A stretch of 62,361 nucleotides of DNA from Nitrososphaeria archaeon (GCA_041862235.1 JBGVSY010000120.1:1-62361), one strand, 5' to 3'. Shown: positions 35,049 to 45,088, numbered from the stretch's first letter. Notes: generated by a model from the sequence alone, not told the origin. Numbers and translations: made by a program.

Positions 35049-36113
35049 TTGAGGAGGCCACAGTTCGAGGAGATCTTGGGGGACAGCACAGAGCTGATCA
35101 ACCGGCTTATCGAGAAGTACATCCCGAGGGTGTACACAGCGGACAAGGTTGCCTCCATTTGTGGTCCCCCAAGATACGTATATCCGATCAAGGTATTGGA
35201 TAAGTCGATTTCCCAGCCTTTTTGGGACTTGATGGACCGTGGGGGCAAGAGATGGAGACCTGCCCTGTTTCTCACAACGTACAAGGCTTTGGGGGGAGAT
35301 CCACAGCAGGTCTTGGACCTGGCGACAATCCCTGAGATCGTGCACAACGGCACACTCATTGTAGACGATGTGGAGGACCGCAGCGAAACTCGTAGGGGGA
35401 AAGAATGTGTTCATCGTATCTATGGCGAAGACATAGCCATCAACGCCGGAAACACCATGTACTTTGCTGCGCTTCAACCTTTGTTGAAGAGCTCCCTCCC
35501 CCCCGAGAAGAAGCTGGCCATTCTTGAGATGCACGCCGAAGAGATGACTAGGGTGAGTTTCGGTCAGGCGATAGACATAGCTTGGCATAGAGGGCTGGAA
35601 AAGGATGTGGCGGAAGAGGAGTATCTTCAGATGTGCTTGTTGAAAACTGCCTCGCTTTCAAGAATGGCAGTTAGGATGGCAGCGACCTTGGCGGGAGCCG
35701 ACGAAGCGACAACGAAGGCCCTAGCGGAGTTTGCTGAGGCGATAGGGGTTGCTTTCCAGATTCAAGACGACATTCTCAACCTAGAGGGAACACAGGAGAA
35801 GTATGGGAAAGAGATAGGTGGGGACATAACTGAAGGCAAGAGGACTCTCATGGTCATCTACGCAATCTCACATCTCGACCCCGAGCGCAGAGCGAGGCTG
35901 CTCTCAATTCTCGACTCACACACGCGAGATCAGCACCGAATAGAAGATGCTGTGGCCATTCTGAATCAGTCAGGTGCGATAGAGCACGCCAAACGTGTGG
36001 CAGAGAAAATGGTTCGAGACGCGTGGTCAAGGGTTGACAAGCTCCTGCCTGACTCAGAATCGAAAGAAAGACTCAGGATGCTTGCTGAGTTTCTTGTACA
36101 ACGGGATTTCTGA
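35049..36113 (+). CDS. geranylgeranyl diphosphate synthase (trans-polyprenyl synthetase)
   Basis: The first Asp-rich motif is LIVDDVEDRSETRRG, and the second is FQIQDDILN, followed by GKEIGGDITEGKRT. Confidence 0.85.
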   Translation: MRRPQFEEILGDSTELINRLIEKYIPRVYTADKVASICGPPRYVYPIKVLDKSISQPFWDLMDRGGKRWRPALFLTTYKALGGDPQQVLDLATIPEIVHNGTLIVDDVEDRSETRRGKECVHRIYGEDIAINAGNTMYFAALQPLLKSSLPPEKKLAILEMHAEEMTRVSFGQAIDIAWHRGLEKDVAEEEYLQMCLLKTASLSRMAVRMAATLAGADEATTKALAEFAEAIGVAFQIQDDILNLEGTQEKYGKEIGGDITEGKRTLMVIYAISHLDPERRARLLSILDSHTRDQHRIEDAVAILNQSGAIEHAKRVAEKMVRDAWSRVDKLLPDSESKERLRMLAEFLVQRDF

Positions 36114-36119
36114 AGCCTG

Positions 36120-37295
36120 CTATCGTGAAGTTATCTGGGAGATTCTCGCCAATCTCCTCAAGGCTTGGGCCTTGTCCCTTCTCGTGAGCTCTGCCACTAT
36201 CAAGGACTGCCTGAGGAATTCTGTAGCACCATCCATGGCTTCCTTGTCGATGGGGAAGGGTACGCCATCCTTGCCGCCCACAGCAAACGAGAACCTGACG
36301 GGGTCTTGCCAGCTCGGCGCTTCACCATAAACTAGTACACTGATCAGCGCGAGTGCCCGAACCACGCCTGGACCCACGCCATCAACCCCAATCATTTCCT
36401 CATAGCTCTGCGGACTTGTTTCATAGAGCTTTTTTAGCACATTCCAGTTCACCCTTCTCGGCATCTTGAGGTAGCTGAGCCTTCCCAGGTCAAGGGGACT
36501 TTGCGTCCCGCGGTCGATCGATCGATCGTGTATCCATCTGTCGAGGGAGCCCTGCTTGAGCCGGACCTCGTTGACAAAGCGTATGACCCTTCCTGGATCC
36601 TCCTGAGCTACGCTTAGAGATACTTGTCGGGCACCACGGCTCATCCGCGATGTCATGTCCAGAACAACGTCCCTTCTCTCTTCCGCCGCGATCCCCGCAT
36701 GAGGTTCCTCCACGAAGGTTCTAAGGTCCTCTCCGATCCAGTGGTACCTGCGAGCTGTTCCATCCGCCGCGTTTATTCCCTGCTGCACTACCGTCCAATG
36801 TCCCCTTTCGCTCATTACAAATGAATGATGATAGATCTGGTATCCGTCCTGCAGGACAGCGTTATCCACCTTGGCCGAGAGCTTGCTCGCCCGCGTCAAG
36901 GCGTTGATTCTCGACCCAGAGAGACCAGCCAACTCCCCGAGCTCAGTAATCTCACTCGGAGTCCTCCTACTTGCCGATCCCTTTCCGCCGGCAAGCGCGA
37001 TCCCGTGATCCTCCATGCTCAGCACGTCTCTTAGAACACCGGTCACCACAGTTGTGATGCCGCTGGAGTGCCAGTCGAAACCTATCACGCATCCGAAGCT
37101 CTGAAACCAGTAGGGATCAGCAAGCCGCCTAAGCACCTCATCAGTCTCGAACTCGCTTACCATCACTTCGAATATCGCCTTGGAGAGGTTCCGCATCTTG
37201 TGGAGAAGCCATCCAGGCACGTGCCCATAGTGTAGCGGGAGCTCTGCCACTCCTGTCCTTCTCATCCGATGTTTGGAGCCTGCTGCGTCTTTCAT
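36120..37295 (-). CDS. DUF763-family protein
   Basis: ELPLHYGHVPGWLL...LADPYWFQSFGCVIGFDWHSSGITTVVTGVL matches my recollection of the conserved archaeal DUF763 N-terminus. The start is taken at internal ATG 37295 (or 37265), because the upstream part of the ORF looks non-coding. Confidence 0.6.
   Translation of the reverse strand: MKDAAGSKHRMRRTGVAELPLHYGHVPGWLLHKMRNLSKAIFEVMVSEFETDEVLRRLADPYWFQSFGCVIGFDWHSSGITTVVTGVLRDVLSMEDHGIALAGGKGSASRRTPSEITELGELAGLSGSRINALTRASKLSAKVDNAVLQDGYQIYHHSFVMSERGHWTVVQQGINAADGTARRYHWIGEDLRTFVEEPHAGIAAEERRDVVLDMTSRMSRGARQVSLSVAQEDPGRVIRFVNEVRLKQGSLDRWIHDRSIDRGTQSPLDLGRLSYLKMPRRVNWNVLKKLYETSPQSYEEMIGVDGVGPGVVRALALISVLVYGEAPSWQDPVRFSFAVGGKDGVPFPIDKEAMDGATEFLRQSLIVAELTRRDKAQALRRLARISQITSR
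36515..36528. repeat. (CGAT)3CG palindromic run inside the DUF763 gene
   Basis: It reads cgatcgatcgatcg. Confidence 0.9.
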
Positions 37296-37416
37296 AACTA
37301 TTTTGACCCTTCTTCGATTAATCCAAGAATGGCCCCCCTGAAAGACCCCGCATAATACCCGTGTTCTGCAGCGCCTTTCAAGCTGGCGACCGATCGACAA
37401 GACCCTAATTGATGCC

Positions 37417-37710
37417 TCAACGTCTGCTGTGAGAAAGGAACTTCTCTTGGTCTCTGTATTGAGCCTCAAGCCTATCCTTTACATGGTAGAGGAGTACTTT
37501 GGTCAAGTGGTGGTCCTTCTCAAGCCGGATCCGATCCATCGGTTCCAAGGCCCGGTTCCTCAGCATCTCCAACTCGTCAGCCAAGGCGATCAGTGTCTCG
37601 TGCGCCAGCTCAAGCCTGCTGCCGGATGTCGCGGCGGCTTCGCAGAACCTTAGGTCTTCTTCGATTCGGATGAGGGTCTTCAGACACTGCGTCCTTTCGT
37701 AGGAGGACAT
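37417..37710 (-). CDS. hypothetical small helical protein
   Basis: It is an all-helical, charged ORF of about 97 aa lying between the DUF763 gene and 37853..38950. I recognise no family. Confidence 0.35.
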   Translation of the reverse strand: MSSYERTQCLKTLIRIEEDLRFCEAAATSGSRLELAHETLIALADELEMLRNRALEPMDRIRLEKDHHLTKVLLYHVKDRLEAQYRDQEKFLSHSRR

Positions 37711-37852
37711 CGTCTTGACTCCGTCGGGCTTCAACCGTGTCCGTCGTTCTCTTACGAATAAATGTTTCTACGGTTCTACTCAGAAGCCTTGTCTGCCCCG
37801 TTCACACTCTGCTTTCCCCGCGTAAGACAATCAGACTGTTCATTGAACTCCA

Positions 37853-38950
37853 TCAGTTCCGGGCGTGCTTGCTCTCGAGATGCCGCAGCAAATCATCCGT
37901 GGTTTCGAAAACCTCATCAGCGTGGTAGGACATGAAGGGACTGGGCTTTCTGTGGAAGAGCGGGCTAACCACGTAGACCGCTTTTCCGTGAGTGTCTCCG
38001 TAGACCATCTCGCATATCACGCCGACGGACATGACGTTACGGGTCATGAGAATCACAACCATGTCGCTTTGGTCGATCAGCGAGTAGTCCCGGGTAACTA
38101 TCTGTCCCCTAATGTTGGTGAGCGCGTCTTCGATCTCCTGGGCAGGTATCTCTTGGGATCCATCCTCATCTTGTATCAAGACCTTCTCTGGGGTAGGCTT
38201 GCCTTCTCGTTCGGCTTCCAGAACCGCCCTTCTCAGGTCTCCCTCCAGCGACGACTCAGTTATCGTGGAGGGGTCAAAGACAACGAAGTGTTCTCTGAGC
38301 TCCCCGGCGATTTTCTTGACCTCGGCAAATCCTTGAACACTCATGTAGGTCATCGGATAGCTCAGGTAGATCTTCTTCACGTCCCGCTTCAACACTAGAT
38401 CCAGGAGAGTCGACGCCGGATGCTTTCTGGCTATGACGCAGTGCGGCTTCTTGAGCCTCGTAGCCTCATTTTTGGTATAGGCGATCTCTTGGTCCCGCCA
38501 CATGAGAATGTCCTTCAGGGACAACCCTTCCCGACTCCACTGAGGATCAGCGTGCAGTCTCTTGCGTACCGTGTGTGCGTTGTCGACTATCGTAACGAAG
38601 ATGTCCGGGGATAGCCTGTCTACAACCTGAGAGGTAAGGGCGGTGATCAATCTTCCCCTCCAGAGGAAGCTGGAGTGTGTGTTGATCATGTGGTCGATCT
38701 CTGGGTGTTTTTCAATGGCAGACGCTATTCTCTCGTAGGCGGACATCCTCAGTGACATCTGTCTGGAGTCCTCGATATCCAACACTGTTTCCTTTGTTAT
38801 CTCATATCCCACCTCTTCCGAAACTTGGCTCATCACATCACCCACGTGGAGGATGTTGAGTTGCCTACCTTGCTTGAATGCTAGATCAGATACCTCCTCT
38901 AGGTAACGATCCTTATCGCAGCCACTCGTCCCGGTGATCAGAGCTTTCAT
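37853..38950 (-). CDS. hypothetical two-domain protein: archaeal adenylate-kinase (AdkA)-like N-domain with degenerate P-loop + nucleoside 2-deoxyribosyltransferase-like C-domain
   Basis: The N-domain is collinear with AdkA (MKALITGTSGCDK in place of GxPGxGKT; INTHSSFLWRG..L..VVDRLSPDIFVTIV). The C-domain starts KKIYLSYPMT and has DMVVILM...GVICEMVYG, reminiscent of the NDT-like Rossmann fold. Confidence 0.35.
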   Translation of the reverse strand: MKALITGTSGCDKDRYLEEVSDLAFKQGRQLNILHVGDVMSQVSEEVGYEITKETVLDIEDSRQMSLRMSAYERIASAIEKHPEIDHMINTHSSFLWRGRLITALTSQVVDRLSPDIFVTIVDNAHTVRKRLHADPQWSREGLSLKDILMWRDQEIAYTKNEATRLKKPHCVIARKHPASTLLDLVLKRDVKKIYLSYPMTYMSVQGFAEVKKIAGELREHFVVFDPSTITESSLEGDLRRAVLEAEREGKPTPEKVLIQDEDGSQEIPAQEIEDALTNIRGQIVTRDYSLIDQSDMVVILMTRNVMSVGVICEMVYGDTHGKAVYVVSPLFHRKPSPFMSYHADEVFETTDDLLRHLESKHARN

Positions 38951-39021
38951 GTCCCGTTACGCAGGTCAAAGAGACTGCACAATGCTTTTAAGGCTAGCGC
39001 GGCCGCGGGAACTGGTCCAAA

Positions 39022-39264
39022 GTGAAACACCGCGAGGCATATCTTTTCATTCGAAAAGGAGACCGGGAGTGCGAGGAGGCTCGGCGGTTCTTGGAGAAGA
39101 CGGGATTGTCGTTCAAGGCCTTATCGGTGGAAGACAAAGATCGCAGAGCTTTTCTCTGGAAGGATTTGGCTACAGACGACGTGCCAGTGCTAGCGGTGGA
39201 TGATATGATACTTTTTGGCCTGACTCCGATCAAAGACTACCTCTCGCGTGAAATCAAAAGCTAG
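39022..39264 (+). CDS. glutaredoxin/NrdH-like thioredoxin-fold small protein lacking a CxxC pair
   Basis: The beta-alpha-beta layout (YLFIRKGDRECEEARRFLEKTGLSFKALSV...VPVLAVDDMILFG) resembles the glutaredoxin fold, but only one Cys is present. The start is GTG. Confidence 0.4.
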   Translation: MKHREAYLFIRKGDRECEEARRFLEKTGLSFKALSVEDKDRRAFLWKDLATDDVPVLAVDDMILFGLTPIKDYLSREIKS

Positions 39265-39320
39265 GGCTCAGTAGACTGTAGCCACGCAAGGGTGTGCTTC
39301 CACGTCGTGGATCGATGTTT

Positions 39321-39527
39321 CTACTTCTTCAGCGCGTGAATCAACTGAACAAGGGACTTTCCCTTGACGGTGGGCACCAATTCCAGCGACGCGACAACCC
39401 AGGCAAGAAGATAGATCACTTGGAGATGGAGCTGGTTCAGGGAGTACAGAAGGAAAATTGTAAGATCTAGGAGCGCCAGTAGGATAGCGGCTGTCTTAAG
39501 CGTCCTAACCCTATCCAGTGCTCTCAT
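39321..39527 (-). CDS. hypothetical small membrane protein (2 TM)
   Basis: It encodes 68 aa with two hydrophobic helices. Confidence 0.3.
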   Translation of the reverse strand: MRALDRVRTLKTAAILLALLDLTIFLLYSLNQLHLQVIYLLAWVVASLELVPTVKGKSLVQLIHALKK

Positions 39528-39914
39528 GTTTCAGAGCCGACTCAGCATTGGATAAAAGACTTCGCGGACACACCTTCCGCTGTTCATACGGGGGACATCT
39601 CGACGTCACACACTTCTTGATTCTTTCTCTACACTTGCAGCATCCTGCTTCGTCTCTATCTTCATCTCTGGGTCCGCTTCCACCAACATCTCCGCGATCA
39701 GGTTGGACACTCTATCCGCTTCCTCGCAATTCCACTTCACCCTCAATATGTGTGCCTTGTTCCAAGAGGGTTCGAGGAGTACTGTGCATACGAAACCACT
39801 GCGAGCGATCGATCGACGGCATGCATTCTCACTTTCAAGCCATGAGCTTTCATGCGCCTGAGGAGTTTGAATCTAGCTTCTCCGGAGCGCGCAGCTGTGA
39901 GACGCGGTGCTCAG

Positions 39915-40622
39915 TCAACGACCCTGCCTCGCTAGCGTGTTCTCTTCGATCCACCTTGGGAGCTGCGAAAAAGACTGAATTACGTCAATAGCGCCTTCTT
40001 GTCTCAGCTCTTGAGCACTCGCGATGCCTCCTTCGACACCCACGGCGGGCGCTCCCAATTGCACCGCGGGAATTATGTCTATGGTGCTATCGCCGACCAC
40101 AAGAGTCGTCTCAGGTTTCTCCGAAAGATTGTTTGTTAGCACAAGTAGGTGGTCAGGCCGTGGCTTGACGAGATTAAACCCCACATCATCTCTAGTCACT
40201 ATTGCCTGAAACAGGCTCCTCAGACCGTGCGCCTCCAATATCATGTCAACTGCCTTCTTCCCACTCGCCGTGAAGAGGCCCAGCTTGAGGCCCAAACGCC
40301 TCAGAGCAGCGAGTGCCTTCTGGGCACCCGGCACCAGCTGGGCCGCGCGAGCGTTCTCAACCTCATACCTGTCTATTATCTCCCCGGCATCTCTTCCGAG
40401 CGCCGCGAGTTCGATCTCCCTGCCTTCGGAAGTCAGTTCCTTCGTCGCCTTCTCGAGCATGAAAGAGATTCTGTCGCGCATTGAGTACCCCCTTGGGTCT
40501 AGTCCGCGAGCCGCAAAGAGACGAAGGATGTCTCTTCTGATCGAGTCATAGTTGAGGGTAAAGTGAACGACCGTTCCATCGAGATCGACAGCGACAGCAT
40601 TGATGAACTTAGGAGGGTGCAT
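39915..40622 (-). CDS. HAD-superfamily hydrolase (phosphoglycolate phosphatase-like)
   Basis: Motif I is AVAVDLDGTVV, motif II is LFTASG and motif IV is VVGDSTIDI. The start is taken at internal ATG 40622, and the ORF is open to 40766. Confidence 0.7.
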   Translation of the reverse strand: MHPPKFINAVAVDLDGTVVHFTLNYDSIRRDILRLFAARGLDPRGYSMRDRISFMLEKATKELTSEGREIELAALGRDAGEIIDRYEVENARAAQLVPGAQKALAALRRLGLKLGLFTASGKKAVDMILEAHGLRSLFQAIVTRDDVGFNLVKPRPDHLLVLTNNLSEKPETTLVVGDSTIDIIPAVQLGAPAVGVEGGIASAQELRQEGAIDVIQSFSQLPRWIEENTLARQGR

Positions 40623-40769
40623 CGGGACTTGCACCGGGCCCCTGAAGAGGCTTAAAGCTTTAACTGAGGAGAGAAGAGTGCGGTTCGAAGTACCGTTCGG
40701 TGATGGGCCTTGTCGAGAAAGTACGTCAACCATGCTCTCTGGGACATACTCGTCGAAACTGTCCACAGC

Positions 40770-41480
40770 ATGATCATGTATCCTTCACACAAGGCATATG
40801 TAATGGACCGGATACTTCCAGCTGAACCCCTCATCGAGCCCACCGATCTGAGCCACAGGCTGGGAATACCAGTCGGGGAAGCGATGGTGATACTGAGCGA
40901 ACTCAGAATTCATCCCCGTGAGCTCGAGGAGGAGTTATCACGGCCAACGAAGGAGAAGAAGCACGGAAAGGTGTGTCTTGGCGGCACATTCAGCGTTGTC
41001 CATCATGGTCACTTATCCCTCCTTTGGACCGCGTTTTCAGCAGCCCAGAAGGTCATCGTCGGCCTCACGAGCGACAGCTTGGTGGAGAAACTAGGCAAGA
41101 GCTACGAGGTCACTCAATACGAGGTCAGACTAGAGAACCTGAGGAAGGTATTAGCAGAGCACGGGTGGCTCGATTCCGCTGAAATAGTGAAGATTGATGA
41201 TCCCTACGGACCATCCGTCACGGATCAGACAATCGATGCTATCGTCGTTAGTCCCTCCACCGCCGGCCGAGCGGTGGAGATTAACAACATGCGAATGGAC
41301 AAGATGCTCACACAGCTCGAAGTTGTGGTGTGCCCCATGGTTCTAGCTGAAGATGGGCAGCCGATCAACTCAACTCGCATCCGCAGCGGAGAGATCTCTC
41401 CCGAGGGGAAACTTCTGAGCCGAGCCATAGAGAACCATGAGCGCCCGGCCCCTGTTCGTATGTCGAGCTCCGATCCCTAA
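40770..41480 (+). CDS. archaeal-type phosphopantetheine adenylyltransferase (cytidylyltransferase fold) with N-terminal wHTH-like extension
   Basis: Motifs are CLGGTFSVVHHGHLSLL (HxGH), VVGLTSD, VSPSTAGRAVEINNMR and INSTRIR. The start is uncertain (40710, 40770 or 40803). Confidence 0.7.
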   Translation: MIMYPSHKAYVMDRILPAEPLIEPTDLSHRLGIPVGEAMVILSELRIHPRELEEELSRPTKEKKHGKVCLGGTFSVVHHGHLSLLWTAFSAAQKVIVGLTSDSLVEKLGKSYEVTQYEVRLENLRKVLAEHGWLDSAEIVKIDDPYGPSVTDQTIDAIVVSPSTAGRAVEINNMRMDKMLTQLEVVVCPMVLAEDGQPINSTRIRSGEISPEGKLLSRAIENHERPAPVRMSSSDP

Positions 41481-41506
41481 ACGAGTAGCCGACGGGCGGC
41501 TTTCCC

Positions 41507-42646
41507 CTAGTATGGGGAAAAGAGCATGTCCGGGAGAAGCAGCAGCGAAACCAACACGATGACCGCCGGAGCTACAATGAGCTTGAGCAGAGCAGCTGCG
41601 CGTGCGAGCGCGGAGTGGTCGGTCGGCACACCGACGCCGTAGATTCCGTACATTGCGACAGATCCAAGGCCAATGACCCATAGGCGCAGTCCTAACGGAA
41701 TGAACCAAAGGAGAACATCCACAACACCCGGCGCTGGAAGGAGAGGGCTCCAACCGTCCCCCGTCTCTAGAGCTCGGTTTTGATCCCAGGTGTAGTTCTT
41801 TCCATCTCGAATGACCCCAAAGGACGTGAGGGCTGTCGACGCGTTGATAACTGCAAGCCGACCACTCCAGTCCTCCGTCTCTATGCTGGACAGTACGGCC
41901 TTGTCGACGGTGATATTTCCCTTGAGACTTAGGCCTCCAACCGTGACGTTCTCGAGCACAAGCCCTGTGAGTATCGACTCTACCTCGGAGGCTTTGAGAT
42001 GATCAGAGACAAGTCTCGAAACATTGACGCGGGAGTTGTTTAGATCGGAGAGAATAGGGGCCGGCTCTCCGGTCGTGGCGGCATGGAAGAACGTCCCTCT
42101 CAGAGACACTTCTGAGAGAACGGCTCCCTCGTATGTCACCTGCGAAATCTGGGTGTTCTGTTCAGGATATATCAGAGAGAGCGGCGTCACAATTGCTGCT
42201 CCCAAGATCATTACGGCGAAGGCGTAGCCAACCGCGGAAAGCATTGTGGTGAACGTACTTTGCTTTGTCTTGAACACCTGAGCGACCAGCCAAGCTACTC
42301 CTACCACCACCAGGAGGAAAAGAAGGCGAAAAGTGACGTTTTGAGTTGCCATGGCTGCGTAATCAGCCGTAGCAACGCCCGGTGCAACCAATCCGCCGTA
42401 CGCCCCAACAGGATCAGGGGCAGGGAGTTGGAGCGAATTGCTTAGGTGAATCTTATAGGAAAACACATAGAAGGTGATTCCCACGGACAGAGCAAGCGCA
42501 ATTCCGAATATCAGCAAACCCATCAGTGGGACGGGTTTTTGAGCTATTCCCTCGAAAGTCTGCTTCGGCTTTGCTATGACTCCTAGGAAGCGATCGATCG
42601 ATCGCTTCGCGAGAGAGACGGAGTCGTCCTCTTGGCCGGAACCCAA
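41507..42646 (-). CDS. membrane protein with Yip1-like N-terminus and large extracytoplasmic domain
   Basis: FLGVIAKPKQTFEGIAQKPVPLMGLLIFGIALAL resembles the Yip1/DUF1282 entry motif. It has several TM helices and lies downstream of the ABC transporter genes. Confidence 0.5.
   Translation of the reverse strand: MGSGQEDDSVSLAKRSIDRFLGVIAKPKQTFEGIAQKPVPLMGLLIFGIALALSVGITFYVFSYKIHLSNSLQLPAPDPVGAYGGLVAPGVATADYAAMATQNVTFRLLFLLVVVGVAWLVAQVFKTKQSTFTTMLSAVGYAFAVMILGAAIVTPLSLIYPEQNTQISQVTYEGAVLSEVSLRGTFFHAATTGEPAPILSDLNNSRVNVSRLVSDHLKASEVESILTGLVLENVTVGGLSLKGNITVDKAVLSSIETEDWSGRLAVINASTALTSFGVIRDGKNYTWDQNRALETGDGWSPLLPAPGVVDVLLWFIPLGLRLWVIGLGSVAMYGIYGVGVPTDHSALARAAALLKLIVAPAVIVLVSLLLLPDMLFSPY
42587..42608. 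repeat. perfect 22-nt palindrome GAAGCGATCGATCGATCGCTTC inside the 5' end of the Yip1-like gene
   Basis: I read it directly, and it equals its own reverse complement. Confidence 0.9.
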
Positions 42647-42744
42647 ACTCTCTCACGCAGCCACGAACTGCGGCAGGCATATATCTCTTGTGGTGGGCTG
42701 AGAATGCGTACGAACCCTCACTCAGTTTTGATTGGGATCAGCTC

Positions 42745-44271
42745 CTACAGCGATAACCGGTCTAGCCTCGCTGCCAAGAGGCGGTACTCCCCGAAGAAAA
42801 CGGCGACCGCGTAGAAAGGAACTGAAACCAGACCGATAGCAGTGAAGAGAGATCGAGGCATGAGCGAGCACAAGCTCATAGAGACAATCATGGGGAGGAC
42901 GAGCAAGGATGTCAATGCCATGGATGCGAACACTGTGGTGATCTCTGACGGCGAGAAGACGATTTCGGTTGCTGTCGGTTTAAGGGATGCTGCAACCACT
43001 AACGAAGTACCGGACGCCACAGCCAGAACGGAGACTGTCCCTATAACGACCATTAGCGCTCCCCACCCATCTATCCCGTACAGAATGATTGCGAGAGCAG
43101 TGGGAATTGTAGAGACTAAGAGGCACGACAAGAAGATGGAGATGATCAGAGACTTGGCGTAGGTCAAGCGTCTTACAGGCGCCGAGAAGACGATTGCCAT
43201 CTCATCCAAATCCACAAACCAGCCTGTCGAGAAGAGAGCAGTGAGGACCAGCGACGAAACCAAGGGCAGGGACGTCTCTGTGAAAGAATACATTGGGGCG
43301 CCATTCGTCAGTCTGTTCGTCAGCCATGGCGCCAGATCGATGAAGAGGACGAAGAGCGTTAGTGCCATCAGCTGACCTCCTCTGAAGAGTCTACTCAAAG
43401 CTTTGGCCACCAGCGTACCTACTATGGTGTGGTTGAAGGGTTTGAAACGCGGCGCCACAATATATCGGCCAGGAAAGAGCCCTGCGGTCTTGGGTTGGCC
43501 GAAGGCTACGAGGGGAGACGGATTCAGTATTGGAAAGGCATCTTTCCGAGATACAGCGAAAGCCAGGACTAGACAGGCCGCTGACCAAGAGACTAGGCCA
43601 ATGATTTCCATTCCGTCTGTCCTTAGACCCGGCAGAGCGCTCTCAAGGATGATCGTGGCTGTCAGTGACCCAGGGAGAGACGTCCTAGGGAGCCCGAGGG
43701 ATATTATTCCGTGGGCTTCAGCCGCGGACCATGTTGTGAGAACGAAGAGCCCGAGAACCGTCGCCAGCCAGGTCTTCCTCATGCTGATCTTGTACATCAC
43801 AGCCAGGGAGCCAACGAAGAGTGAGACAAAGAAAGCGAAGCATGAAGCCGAGAAGACAGTTGTAAGGGCGTCAAAGATCGACTTCCCCCCCACAATCATT
43901 ACTGCAAGGCTCGCTCCAGAAAAGATCGGTGTCATCATGACGATTATGTTGAGGAAAGTTGCTGCACACGCGCCCAAAAAGAAATCCCTGAAGGTGCAGG
44001 GTGATGCTGCAATGCAGTATTCGTCGGCATAAGTGTAGAAAACCGACGTGGGGCTAAGTGAGGTTACGAGAGCCGCTACCACAACAAGGAGGTCAAGAGC
44101 CAAGGAGAGGTAGAGCGCTAGGGAGGTTGGATCGATCGCCTCCGTGGCGGCAAGGTGGTAGAGGTATGAAGCGGCAAAGAAGGTGCCCGGTAGAGGGAGA
44201 AGGACCACTCCGAGCACAAATACGAGAAGCATCCGGCGCGATCGACGTAGGGCGCCGTACGTCGACTTCAT
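42745..44271 (-). CDS. ABC-transporter permease-like polytopic membrane protein
   Basis: It has at least 10 hydrophobic helices and lies immediately downstream of the ABC ATPase. The start is taken at ATG 44271 to avoid an 86-nt overlap. Confidence 0.55.
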   Translation of the reverse strand: MKSTYGALRRSRRMLLVFVLGVVLLPLPGTFFAASYLYHLAATEAIDPTSLALYLSLALDLLVVVAALVTSLSPTSVFYTYADEYCIAASPCTFRDFFLGACAATFLNIIVMMTPIFSGASLAVMIVGGKSIFDALTTVFSASCFAFFVSLFVGSLAVMYKISMRKTWLATVLGLFVLTTWSAAEAHGIISLGLPRTSLPGSLTATIILESALPGLRTDGMEIIGLVSWSAACLVLAFAVSRKDAFPILNPSPLVAFGQPKTAGLFPGRYIVAPRFKPFNHTIVGTLVAKALSRLFRGGQLMALTLFVLFIDLAPWLTNRLTNGAPMYSFTETSLPLVSSLVLTALFSTGWFVDLDEMAIVFSAPVRRLTYAKSLIISIFLSCLLVSTIPTALAIILYGIDGWGALMVVIGTVSVLAVASGTSLVVAASLKPTATEIVFSPSEITTVFASMALTSLLVLPMIVSMSLCSLMPRSLFTAIGLVSVPFYAVAVFFGEYRLLAARLDRLSL

Positions 44272-44296
44272 CTTGAAGAGGGCGATCGCCAGAGCG

Positions 44297-45088
44297 TTAT
44301 TCACGGACGCCTTCACGCCCACTGGAGATGACCGACCGGTCTGATGTGAGCCCCAAGAAGACCTCCTCAAGCGTGGCTTCACTTCCTATCCCTGCAACGC
44401 TTCGGAGGAGGGGCAATCTGTCATCTGCGATTTTTCGTCCATTGGAGATCACCGCCACTTTGTCGCAGAATTTCTCTGCCGCGTCCAAGAGATGCGTGGA
44501 AAGGAGGGCTCCGACGCCGGAATCCACCTTCTCTCTGACAACCTGTTTGAAGACGTGTTGAGCCTCGGGATCAAGGAAGAGCAAGGGTTCGTCGAGCAAA
44601 AGGAGATGGGGCTCATGTATGAACGCAGAGACAATTGCCACCTTCTGTTTCATGCCTCTAGACAGGGCTCCTATGTACTCGTCTTTTCTGCCAGCTACAT
44701 GGAAAGCCTCGAGGTACTTGTTCGTGACCTCGTCAAAACTGGTTTTCTCAATACCATGAATTCTCGCACTAAAAGCCAGAAACTCCCAAATGGTAAGGTA
44801 TTCGGGGAGGACCATCGCTTCAGGCACATAGCCTATCCAACGCTTGTACTCATAGGGGGCCCGGTCAATGTCTCGACCGAGCACCCATATCTTCCCCGAG
44901 TCTTTCTTCGTCAATCCCAGTATTGCCTTCACGGTCGTGGTCTTCCCAGATCCGTTGGGGCCGAGAAGACCAAGTATCTCCCCCCTCAAGACCTGTAGGT
45001 CTAAGCCTCGAACAGCCTGGACTTTTTCGTAGCTCTTCCAGAGCCCCTCTATCTTGAGGACGGGAAGGCGTTCCGACAACGGCAACAC
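44297..45088 (-). CDS. ABC transporter ATP-binding protein
   Basis: It has Walker A (GLLGPNGSGKTT), the signature motif (LSRGMKQKVAI), Walker B (LLLLDEP) and an H-loop (STHLLD). Confidence 0.9.
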   Translation of the reverse strand: MLPLSERLPVLKIEGLWKSYEKVQAVRGLDLQVLRGEILGLLGPNGSGKTTTVKAILGLTKKDSGKIWVLGRDIDRAPYEYKRWIGYVPEAMVLPEYLTIWEFLAFSARIHGIEKTSFDEVTNKYLEAFHVAGRKDEYIGALSRGMKQKVAIVSAFIHEPHLLLLDEPLLFLDPEAQHVFKQVVREKVDSGVGALLSTHLLDAAEKFCDKVAVISNGRKIADDRLPLLRSVAGIGSEATLEEVFLGLTSDRSVISSGREGVRE

